From: a virus
Length of the DNA stretch: 64,000 nucleotides
Virus record (IMG/VR): IMGVR_UViG_3300021963_000027
Span: 32,001 to 96,000 of that record
Strand: one strand, 5' to 3'
The notes beneath the pieces were generated by a model. It did no database searches and was not told the DNA's origin. It saw only the letters and a list, made by a program, of their open reading frames with translations. Within the stretch, counting starts at the first letter, position 1. The number at the start of each line of letters is the position of its first letter. The position numbers and the translations under genes were made by a program. Shown piece by piece: positions 17,946 through 24,969 of this stretch.

Positions 17946-18212
17946 ATGCGAACATACATTCAATATAAAGACGGAAAACAAAAAGAAGTCAAGAATCTGG
18001 GTTGGTTAGCTCGTAATATCACCCGTGTCGAAGGTATCACAATCAGCGATAGAAACGATGGTGCGAAATGCGGATGCCAATTCGTGGCAACTCTATCGGG
18101 AGGGGATTACTACCACACTGCATTCAATTCTTACGATGTTTGTAAAGATTGGATTGCAAGCCGTAGAGGACTGAAAAACGTTCGTGTCATTGATCTTGTC
18201 GATCTCATTTAA
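17946..18212 (+). CDS. Hypothetical protein
   Basis: TAGAAT-taggac-ATG. Confidence 0.75.
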   Translation: MRTYIQYKDGKQKEVKNLGWLARNITRVEGITISDRNDGAKCGCQFVATLSGGDYYHTAFNSYDVCKDWIASRRGLKNVRVIDLVDLI

Positions 18213-18234
18213 AAAACTAGAATAGAATTAGAAC

Positions 18235-18447
18235 ATGACAGAGACTATTATCATAAATCATTTTACTGGTTATCGTAAGTTGATCCTTACAAAAGGTTTA
18301 CCCAAGATTGGAACTCTAAGAAAACACCTGCGAGCAAGTAAAGCCCAAGGATGCCAAAGCGTAACCCATATTTTCACGGAACAAGGTGTAATTGATGTCA
18401 CACGATTCGGGGAAGTTCTAATCAATGGAAGACAATTAAAAAACTAG
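18235..18447 (+). CDS. Hypothetical protein
   Basis: Motif upstream; ends QLKN*. Confidence 0.7.
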   Translation: MTETIIINHFTGYRKLILTKGLPKIGTLRKHLRASKAQGCQSVTHIFTEQGVIDVTRFGEVLINGRQLKN

Positions 18448-18461
18448 AATACAATTACACC

Positions 18462-18755
18462 ATGCCTATTATTGAACCAAATTTAAGCAAAGAAGTCAAA
18501 GCATACATTGCTAAAGAATGTCACCGCATCTTGAAAGCAGTGGAAGAGGGTCGTGCAATCAAATACGTGGGACTGTGCTCCAATTCCAAGATGGATGAAA
18601 AATTACTAATCAGCCTTAAAGATGTTTTCCATAAATCCTACCCTTTCAATAGTAGTGGTGGGGAATATGGAGCGGAAGCTATGTCACAATCAATCTTTAA
18701 AAATAAAAAGCGCATGGCATTTCTTCGTCGATGGGCAAAGAAACATAAAAACTAG
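18462..18755 (+). CDS. Hypothetical protein
   Basis: Motif upstream; ends KHKN*. Confidence 0.75.
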   Translation: MPIIEPNLSKEVKAYIAKECHRILKAVEEGRAIKYVGLCSNSKMDEKLLISLKDVFHKSYPFNSSGGEYGAEAMSQSIFKNKKRMAFLRRWAKKHKN

Positions 18756-18769
18756 AATACACTTGGGAC

Positions 18770-18973
18770 ATGAAAAGATACAGATACGATCCTTATTGTG
18801 ATAGCTTCAAGTGCTTCCAAGGAATGGAAGAATCACCTGATGGTGATTGGGTGAACATCGAAGCAAGAGAACTCCTGAAACGTGCGATGGATTTACTACA
18901 AGATTATTGCACGGAACTCAATGGCATGAATTGCTATCTCAGCAAAGAGATTGAAGAATTTCTTAAAAACTAA
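18770..18973 (+). CDS. Hypothetical protein
   Basis: TACACT-tgggac-ATG; ends FLKN*. Confidence 0.7.
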   Translation: MKRYRYDPYCDSFKCFQGMEESPDGDWVNIEARELLKRAMDLLQDYCTELNGMNCYLSKEIEEFLKN

Positions 18974-18987
18974 GATTCAATAAACAC

Positions 18988-19191
18988 ATGAACAGAAGCA
19001 GAATCGCATTGGTTTACATGGATGATGGAAACAATTTCTTCATCGAAAATCCCCCGAATGGTAATCCCGAAACATGGATTGATCATCATGTTTATTCCAT
19101 CTCTAATGTGGAGAATGTCATAGTTTATGATTTGGGAGGGGTGGTAGAGAATTGGGTAAATCCTGATGTGTCATCCGAAGAAGAGGAATAA
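18988..19191 (+). CDS. Hypothetical protein
   Basis: Variant motif upstream. Confidence 0.7.
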   Translation: MNRSRIALVYMDDGNNFFIENPPNGNPETWIDHHVYSISNVENVIVYDLGGVVENWVNPDVSSEEEE

Positions 19192-19213
19192 AAAACTAGA
19201 TTAAAATAAACAC

Positions 19214-19351
19214 ATGATGACACTTGAACAAATTATCAATTTCTTCAAATCTCTGGAAGAAATCACCCATGAAAACATGGAATCTGAATCAGATAGAACG
19301 GAATTGTTGCGCTGTGTTGCTCTAGCAGAAAATGCTCTTCGCGGTGGTTAA
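19214..19351 (+). CDS. Small hypothetical protein
   Basis: TAAAAT-aaacac-ATG. Confidence 0.55.
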   Translation: MMTLEQIINFFKSLEEITHENMESESDRTELLRCVALAENALRGG

Positions 19352-19485
19352 TCAACATGATTAAAAACATTGATAAACCAAGGAAAAACGACTGCGACAA
19401 AATGACGCAGGGGTGTGACAAAATGACGCAGGGATAGACGGATATAGAAAAGAATATAAATAAAAAACTAGAGTAAAATTTTACT

Positions 19486-19728
19486 ATGCTCAACATCACC
19501 ATTGATCCCAAAGAAATCCGCGCTGAATATCGTGAAGACCAAAGCAATCGCGGATGGTTGTATATCTCAGTTCCTAACGGATGGGATGACGTATCAAAAT
19601 TGTGTAAGAAAGTTCTCACGTATGACAATCGCAAATTCTTTTATAGTGGTTGGAATTCCGATAGAAATGATTGTTTCTTCAAGGAAGAACTGGTAGGAAG
19701 TTCCACGGTGGTAGCACGAATCAATTAA
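19486..19728 (+). CDS. Hypothetical protein
   Basis: TAAAAT-tttact-ATG. Confidence 0.75.
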   Translation: MLNITIDPKEIRAEYREDQSNRGWLYISVPNGWDDVSKLCKKVLTYDNRKFFYSGWNSDRNDCFFKEELVGSSTVVARIN

Positions 19729-19749
19729 AAACTAGAATAAACTGATAAC

Positions 19750-19929
19750 ATGATAAGACAATACACCAATCAACTACTGGAAATGATCGACAACGGAATC
19801 CTTGATGCTGAAACGGTTCTCCGTTCGTGTCTCTCTTATATGTCCGAAGCAGAAGTGCAGGACATGGCAGAATCCGAGGGATTCATCGAAGAAGAGGAAG
19901 AGGAAGAGGAAGAGGACGAAGAAGAGTAA
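19750..19929 (+). CDS. Small acidic protein with poly-Glu tail
   Basis: TAAACT-gataac-ATG; ...FIEEEEEEEEEDEEE*. Confidence 0.7.
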   Translation: MIRQYTNQLLEMIDNGILDAETVLRSCLSYMSEAEVQDMAESEGFIEEEEEEEEEDEEE

Positions 19930-20066
19930 AATCCCCCCTCAGTCTCAATAAGGGCATTTTCAAGAATCCTTGATATATCAATGAAAAAAGTCATTTTGCT
20001 CTAGGACTATTTGAAGCTTATTGAGACTGGAAAACACAAATTAAAAAACTAGACTAATATGTGTAT

Positions 20067-20140
20067 GTTGTCGGTGGCGAAGTGGTAACGCGAGGCTGAA
20101 TTAACAGCAAGAAACGTGAGTTCGATTCTCACCCGACGAC
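20067..20140 (+). ncRNA. tRNA-like gene with aberrant anticodon loop (AATTAA) and a G-1:C73-type extra pair
   Basis: G-TTGTCGG/CCGACGA-C acceptor; D-arm GCG-AAGTGGTAA-CGC; T-arm GTGAG-TTCGATT-CTCAC; GCTG-AATTAA-CAGC; starts 6 nt after TAATAT of the motif. Confidence 0.7.
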
Positions 20141-20174
20141 ACACTCTTTAAAAACTAACCTAAAATAATACCAC

Positions 20175-20402
20175 ATGAAAGACATCGCAGTAATCAAACT
20201 TCATAATAGCACAGTAAGTTCCGTTTATAGCACGGACACTGTAGAAGGTGCAAAAGAACTGGTGCGGGATTTGTTCTATTTCCAATTCAAACGCACTCTA
20301 AATGATGAAGAAAATGACCAATTGGAAGACATGTTAGAAGTTTACAATGATGAAGATCATGATAATATTTTCACATTCAGCATCGCATTTGTCAATCCTT
20401 AA
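20175..20402 (+). CDS. Hypothetical protein, paralogue of 16230..16460
   Basis: Sequence similarity visible by eye. Confidence 0.8.
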   Translation: MKDIAVIKLHNSTVSSVYSTDTVEGAKELVRDLFYFQFKRTLNDEENDQLEDMLEVYNDEDHDNIFTFSIAFVNP

Positions 20403-20423
20403 AAACTAGACTAAACTGATACC

Positions 20424-20756
20424 ATGACCAACACCGACCTACAACAACCAAACGATCTATCAAACAAAGGCAAACAAGCCCATGCTGCAATCGTGGCATT
20501 TCTTGAGAAGCACAAACTCACCTACACAGGGGGATGCAAAGCGTTCTATTCACCTAAAGAGTGGAAGGAGCGGGAAGAGGATTACGGGTGTGACAGTGAG
20601 CTTGTCGTGGTGTATGATGGGGGTGATCACGGAGACGCTTTCTCATACAGCCGTGAGAATTACAAGATGATCGAAGCAATGAATGAGATTCTGAAACCGC
20701 TCGGTCTTTACAGTGAACCATGCACCTGCTGGTACACAGCGATCTACCTCAGTTAA
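20424..20756 (+). CDS. Hypothetical phage protein
   Basis: TAAACT-gatacc-ATG. Confidence 0.8.
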   Translation: MTNTDLQQPNDLSNKGKQAHAAIVAFLEKHKLTYTGGCKAFYSPKEWKEREEDYGCDSELVVVYDGGDHGDAFSYSRENYKMIEAMNEILKPLGLYSEPCTCWYTAIYLS

Positions 20757-20778
20757 AAAACTAGACTAACATTGCACC

Positions 20779-20982
20779 ATGATCATTCGATACACTAGCA
20801 AGATGGGATATAAAGCAATGCCAGATGAGAAGTTCAAAGGAACAGTTCTTGAGGCGAAAGCTCATGCGATGGGGAAAATGAATGATGATACTTACACCAT
20901 CTCCATTGAAGACAAGAAAAACAAAATTGTTTTTAACTATGGCTACACGGGAGTATCTCTCGGACAAAATAAAGTGAAATAA
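20779..20982 (+). CDS. Hypothetical protein
   Basis: TAACAT-tgcacc-ATG. Confidence 0.7.
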   Translation: MIIRYTSKMGYKAMPDEKFKGTVLEAKAHAMGKMNDDTYTISIEDKKNKIVFNYGYTGVSLGQNKVK

Positions 20983-21003
20983 AAACTAGACTAACATTGC
21001 ACC

Positions 21004-21114
21004 ATGACATACCTATTCATTCCGACACTCATCATATCATTCATAGCTATCGGCTCCCGCAGCTTCATATTCTATGCTACTGCGATAGTCATGTGGTGTC
21101 TGACACTCAGCTAA
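21004..21114 (+). CDS. Very small membrane peptide (36 aa)
   Basis: TAACAT-tgcacc-ATG; hydrophobic; fills a whole cassette. Confidence 0.55.
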   Translation: MTYLFIPTLIISFIAIGSRSFIFYATAIVMWCLTLS

Positions 21115-21146
21115 GAATTAAAAAACTAGACTAAACTGATTCCGTT

Positions 21147-21272
21147 ATGAAATACAAACACTGCACAATCCTCAAAGCAATCGCTGGTTACAATGTATAT
21201 GCCAGCAATGACATCTTGAATGTTCCTACCATCGCAGCAGCAAAGGCACTGATCGACGGATTAAAAAACTAG
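21147..21272 (+). CDS. Small hypothetical protein
   Basis: Motif upstream; ends GLKN*. Confidence 0.6.
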   Translation: MKYKHCTILKAIAGYNVYASNDILNVPTIAAAKALIDGLKN

Positions 21273-21309
21273 ACTAAACTGATAACGTAACCAATAACCA
21301 CTGAATACC

Positions 21310-21567
21310 ATGACCAATAAAGAAATCATTACAAAATTCGTAAAAGGCGCAACCACTGGCAAGATCACCCGCAACAATCCATATGCAGGGGGCAAGCTCA
21401 CTCCGCTCTTCATCGAGGGTGACACTATCTACTCTTATGGACACCACTTCCCCCTCGCTCGTCGCAATGGCGATGGCACTTTCTGGGTGAATCCCGACAA
21501 GTATAGCGTCACCACCAGCAAGCATCAGTCGCTTGTGCGCTACGCAATCAGCAAATTTTCGGTGTAA
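21310..21567 (+). CDS. Hypothetical phage protein
   Basis: IYSYGHHFPLA...YSVTTSKHQ; motif upstream with a longer leader. Confidence 0.8.
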   Translation: MTNKEIITKFVKGATTGKITRNNPYAGGKLTPLFIEGDTIYSYGHHFPLARRNGDGTFWVNPDKYSVTTSKHQSLVRYAISKFSV

Positions 21568-21769
21568 CATGGCAAAGTCCCCTCTCTTCCGTGGTAGGAA
21601 GAGAGGGGCAACCCTTTTTAAAAAACTAGACTAAACTGTTACCATGCCTGACATCACCGACCTATCCGACAGCGACCTGCAAGACCTGATTGACTACTTG
21701 CAAGGTGTGACAAAATGACGCACCTGAAAAACCAATCCAATTAAAAAACTAGCATAGAATAGCTATACC

Positions 21770-21931
21770 ATGCAAGACTTTAAAGAATATATTCAATCCG
21801 CTCTCGACTCCAACGTTCTCTGTGAGGTTATGGGATGGGACACAAAACACGGTCCAACAGTGGAACAAATGCAAGCACTGGACACCCTTTTGGGTGAGAG
21901 TCTCGAATCTTTAAAAACTAGACTAAACTGA
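21770..21931 (+). CDS. Small hypothetical protein
   Basis: Motif upstream. Confidence 0.5.
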   Translation: MQDFKEYIQSALDSNVLCEVMGWDTKHGPTVEQMQALDTLLGESLESLKTRLN

Positions 21932-21938
21932 TTACGTC

Positions 21939-22079
21939 ATGAAAACTTACTACGCGCATATCCGTCTGACTAACCGCGAGCGCAGTCTGCTCGCGCAAGC
22001 AATCCGCATCAATCGCCACCAGCGCAAAACCTTCACCCGTAAAGATGCCCACAATCTGGCATGGGTGCTGTTCGCATAA
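21939..22079 (+). CDS. Small basic hypothetical protein
   Basis: TAAACT-gattacgtc-ATG; stop at the motif. Confidence 0.6.
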   Translation: MKTYYAHIRLTNRERSLLAQAIRINRHQRKTFTRKDAHNLAWVLFA

Positions 22080-22108
22080 TTAAAAAACTAGAGTAAACTG
22101 ATTACGTC

Positions 22109-22396
22109 ATGAAAACACAAAAAGAGATTAAATTAAAAGACGGTTCAACGCTTGCCAAAGGTCTGCCAGTATCATTCGTTGCTGGCAGTGATAGCCGATG
22201 CCTTGTGCATTCTCCCGCGCATTCTGAGCCGTTGCAAGTGCGCATCACAAGCGCGTTCAAAGCACCTTCCATGGCTTCTCTGGAACGCTGGGGAATGGAT
22301 GGCGTGTGCAAGACTCCCACGGGCAAGCGTGTCGAGCCTGATGGATACGGTTCTGATGGTAGCCCGTCATGGCTGCTGGTTTTCGGACTCATCTGA
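22109..22396 (+). CDS. Hypothetical phage protein
   Basis: VEPDGYGSDGSPSWLLVFGLI; motif upstream. Confidence 0.8.
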   Translation: MKTQKEIKLKDGSTLAKGLPVSFVAGSDSRCLVHSPAHSEPLQVRITSAFKAPSMASLERWGMDGVCKTPTGKRVEPDGYGSDGSPSWLLVFGLI

Positions 22397-22456
22397 ATCC
22401 AAGGGGGGAGCGCATCCTACACGCTCATTAAAAAACTAGACTAAACTGATTGCACC

Positions 22457-22612
22457 ATGAAAGTCTATATCTCTTACAACTGTGGTTTCGCTTGCATCCG
22501 TGAAATGGGAACTGACAAAGTTCTCCACGAACTCAAAGGCAAGCGTTCTATTGAACAGCACTTTGCTACTGGTAAAACCTATGCCAAGAAAATGGGATGG
22601 GAACTCGCATAA
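22457..22612 (+). CDS. Small hypothetical protein
   Basis: Motif upstream and downstream. Confidence 0.6.
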   Translation: MKVYISYNCGFACIREMGTDKVLHELKGKRSIEQHFATGKTYAKKMGWELA

Positions 22613-22640
22613 TTAAAAACTAGCCTAAACTGATTGCACC

Positions 22641-22805
22641 ATGAAATACAACGTAACTAATATTCAATGGGATACCGATGGTATCCCTAACAAATCCCTT
22701 CCGACAAGCATCACCCTTGAAGTGGAAGATGAAGATGATGTGATAGATGATCTTTCCGATGAATATGGCTTTTGCATATTCTCTGCTGACATTGAAGAAG
22801 CGTAA
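22641..22805 (+). CDS. Small acidic hypothetical protein
   Basis: Motif upstream and downstream. Confidence 0.65.
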   Translation: MKYNVTNIQWDTDGIPNKSLPTSITLEVEDEDDVIDDLSDEYGFCIFSADIEEA

Positions 22806-22951
22806 TTAAAAACTAGCCTAAACTGATTGCACCATGAAACTCGACACTAACAAATGCAAGGGACTTCCAATGGGAGTCCGCAATCGCAAGCGCACGATCC
22901 TATCCAAGATCATCCGCTGGTTCAATTAAAAAACTAGACTAAACTACTACC

Positions 22952-23254
22952 ATGTCCAACACCATCAACACCCTGTCAGGCAAGTGCGCGAAATCATTCG
23001 CGTGGAAACCATTCGCGTCCGCGACTATCGCAAAAGGTAAAATTCCCTTTGCTTTCTGGGAGTCAAACCGATCAAAACGTGAGTGCAATAGCATCACGGT
23101 GATTGAGTTCGACTCGGAGCATGAAATTTCATCATGGATCTCGGATCTCTGCTCTGGTGCAATCATTTGCGATTCCAACTATTTCTGGTGCGTCTCAGTG
23201 AATGGTAAATTCGAATCATCAAAATCTCGCTACGGTGGATACCTCAGTGCCTAA
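22952..23254 (+). CDS. Hypothetical protein
   Basis: TAAACT-actacc-ATG. Confidence 0.75.
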   Translation: MSNTINTLSGKCAKSFAWKPFASATIAKGKIPFAFWESNRSKRECNSITVIEFDSEHEISSWISDLCSGAIICDSNYFWCVSVNGKFESSKSRYGGYLSA

Positions 23255-23297
23255 CGGTGCTGGGGCTTTTAAAAAACTAGACTAAACTGTTACTACC

Positions 23298-23504
23298 ATG
23301 AGACTTCAAACCATCATCAATCAATTCGCCATCACCACGCGCAAAACACGCGAGGGCAATACCATCGTGGAAGCACCCATCGGCACTGAGTATCGTCGCT
23401 TTCTTTTCAACCTTCAGGACTACGTTGTCACGGGTTGCGCTGGTGATATGGTATGGCTTAGTCCACGCCAAGGTTTCTATGGCGGTGTCCCATACGGCAA
23501 TTAA
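23298..23504 (+). CDS. Hypothetical protein
   Basis: Motif upstream. Confidence 0.7.
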   Translation: MRLQTIINQFAITTRKTREGNTIVEAPIGTEYRRFLFNLQDYVVTGCAGDMVWLSPRQGFYGGVPYGN

Positions 23505-23529
23505 AAAACTAGACTAAACTGTTACTACC

Positions 23530-23766
23530 ATGAGAAAAGGATACGGACCAACCAACGTTAGCTACCACCTCCCCCTTCAGCGTTTCACCGAGATGGTGAA
23601 GCAGGGGATCAACATCGCTCAGGGAGTCGATGACAATAACAAAGTGCTTTCCAGCACACTGCCGCAAAACCTATCGGAAAATTCAATCAAAAGAATTTTC
23701 GACGATGCGGATTGCGTCTGCTACCACGGAGGTGTTCAGATGATCATCCCCCGTCATCTTGCTTAA
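23530..23766 (+). CDS. Hypothetical protein
   Basis: Motif upstream. Confidence 0.7.
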   Translation: MRKGYGPTNVSYHLPLQRFTEMVKQGINIAQGVDDNNKVLSSTLPQNLSENSIKRIFDDADCVCYHGGVQMIIPRHLA

Positions 23767-23826
23767 AGACTAGGGGGGAGCGCATCCTACACGCTCATTA
23801 AAAAACTAGAGTAAACTGTTACTACC

Positions 23827-24039
23827 ATGATTACTGTATTGACCATCGAAGACCTTGAAACAATCATCACCAAAACGTCCCCGCGCCTTAGTGCGCTCGG
23901 AATCGTGTACGCAATCATCAATGATGATACTGATGAAGAAGTCACAAGCCGATACCCCACAATCGAGGAAGCGTGGGATGAATTTAAAAAGACTTGGGTT
24001 GTCGGGACGTTCACCGTTCTCACAATCTTTAGATCCTGA
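23827..24039 (+). CDS. Hypothetical protein
   Basis: Motif upstream. Confidence 0.7.
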   Translation: MITVLTIEDLETIITKTSPRLSALGIVYAIINDDTDEEVTSRYPTIEEAWDEFKKTWVVGTFTVLTIFRS

Positions 24040-24068
24040 TTAAAAAACTAGAGTAAACTGTTACTACC

Positions 24069-24305
24069 ATGAATACTACCACTGCTACCACCGCCACCGC
24101 CAAGAACTTCATCGTTGCCTTCCACGACTGGCAAGGCAATCGCCATACAGTTCAAGTCAAAGCTTCCGATAAAACGTCCGCATACGATGCGGCGTGGCAA
24201 TGGATTGAAGAGAATCGCGGCGACCAACTGGAAATTGAATTTGCGGGTGTTAAAGAGATTGTCTATCTCAAAGACATCATCGCAGAAGCACTGGCTGCAA
24301 ATTAA
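24069..24305 (+). CDS. Hypothetical protein
   Basis: Motif upstream and downstream. Confidence 0.75.
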   Translation: MNTTTATTATAKNFIVAFHDWQGNRHTVQVKASDKTSAYDAAWQWIEENRGDQLEIEFAGVKEIVYLKDIIAEALAAN

Positions 24306-24327
24306 AAAACTAGAGTAAAATAGCTCT

Positions 24328-24420
24328 GTCAACCCCTTCCAACTATCGCGAAGGGTCAACCTGAACCATCAACTACCCCGTCTCTCCCGACCACAGGGAG
24401 GGGCGGGGCAACCAATCTGC
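24328..24420 (+). ncRNA. Candidate small non-coding RNA cassette with two hairpins
   Basis: No ATG after TAAAAT(24316-24321)+N6; hairpins CCCTTC/GAAGGG and CCCCGTCTCTCCC/GGGAGGGGCGGGG; ends at the next motif. Confidence 0.45.
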
Positions 24421-24451
24421 TTTTAAAAAACTAGAGTAGACTGCTACTACC

Positions 24452-24670
24452 ATGAATTACATCACTCCAGAATACGACTTCACAGGACGCTGCACTCCAT
24501 CGGAGGAAGCACAACGCAAGGAAGCGCAAGCGTTCGCCGCCTATCGCGAAAAGGAAGAAGCTAAAAAATTCAAGGTGCGCGATGCCTTCGGGTTCTCCCG
24601 CTACGCCACCTTGGAAGAAGCGCAAGCGTTCGCCGCCACCCTCAAGAATGCAGAGATCATCATCCTATAA
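24452..24670 (+). CDS. Hypothetical protein with internal repeat (KEAQAFAA/EEAQAFAA)
   Basis: Motif upstream; GGAAG(A)AGCGCAAGCGTTCGCCGCC-like segment occurs twice. Confidence 0.7.
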   Translation: MNYITPEYDFTGRCTPSEEAQRKEAQAFAAYREKEEAKKFKVRDAFGFSRYATLEEAQAFAATLKNAEIIIL

Positions 24671-24699
24671 TTAAAAAACTAGAGTAAACTGATTACGCC

Positions 24700-24909
24700 A
24701 TGAATGAAATTACTGCTGACGAGGCACTTGCCCAAATTCGCTCCATGTCCGATAGAGAGTTAGTTGCTTTCTGGAATGTCTTGCAATTCTCTTCCCGTAT
24801 GGTAGGGAGCGGTCGCGACACTTTCAGAGAACCACTGGTTTCTCTTGTCATGAGTGAGCGCAAAATCCCTCATGAGATTGGGAAGCGAACTCTAACATCT
24901 AACATCTAA
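24700..24909 (+). CDS. Hypothetical protein
   Basis: Motif upstream; the C-terminus runs into the CTAACAT repeats. Confidence 0.65.
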   Translation: MNEITADEALAQIRSMSDRELVAFWNVLQFSSRMVGSGRDTFREPLVSLVMSERKIPHEIGKRTLTSNI

Positions 24910-24942
24910 CATCTAACGCCCACGGTCTAACAGATCGTGGGC
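24892..24942 (+). repeat. (CTAACAT)x3.7 plus hairpin GCCCACG-GTCTAACAGAT-CGTGGGC, copy 1
   Basis: Identical to 26098-26148. Confidence 0.9.
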
Positions 24943-24969
24943 TTTTAAAAACTAGAGCAAACTGTTGCC

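Larger units (their letters stand above)
466..24969 (+). repeat. Dispersed promoter-like repeat (A/T)TAAAAAACTAG-NN-TAnnnT-N6(-9)-ATG, roughly 75-80 copies by manual count, one at nearly every gene boundary
   Basis: Examples: 466 TTAAAAACTAGAA-TACAAT-cgtgtc-ATG491; 9061 TTAAAAAACTAGAG-TATAAT-caacac-ATG9087; AAAAAACTAGAT-TAGAAT-tgggac-ATG16935; AAAAAACTAGAC-TAAACT-gttactacc-ATG23298. Confidence 0.97.

Noticed and set aside
466-24969. CRISPR array
   Set aside because: Repeats are degenerate, and the intervening units are 100-1100 bp ORFs or RNA genes rather than ~30-40 nt spacers; no cas genes are seen.
466-24969. Classical integron attC array
   Set aside because: The motif lacks the long imperfect palindrome and GTTRRRY/RYYYAAC boxes of attC, and no integron integrase is in the window.
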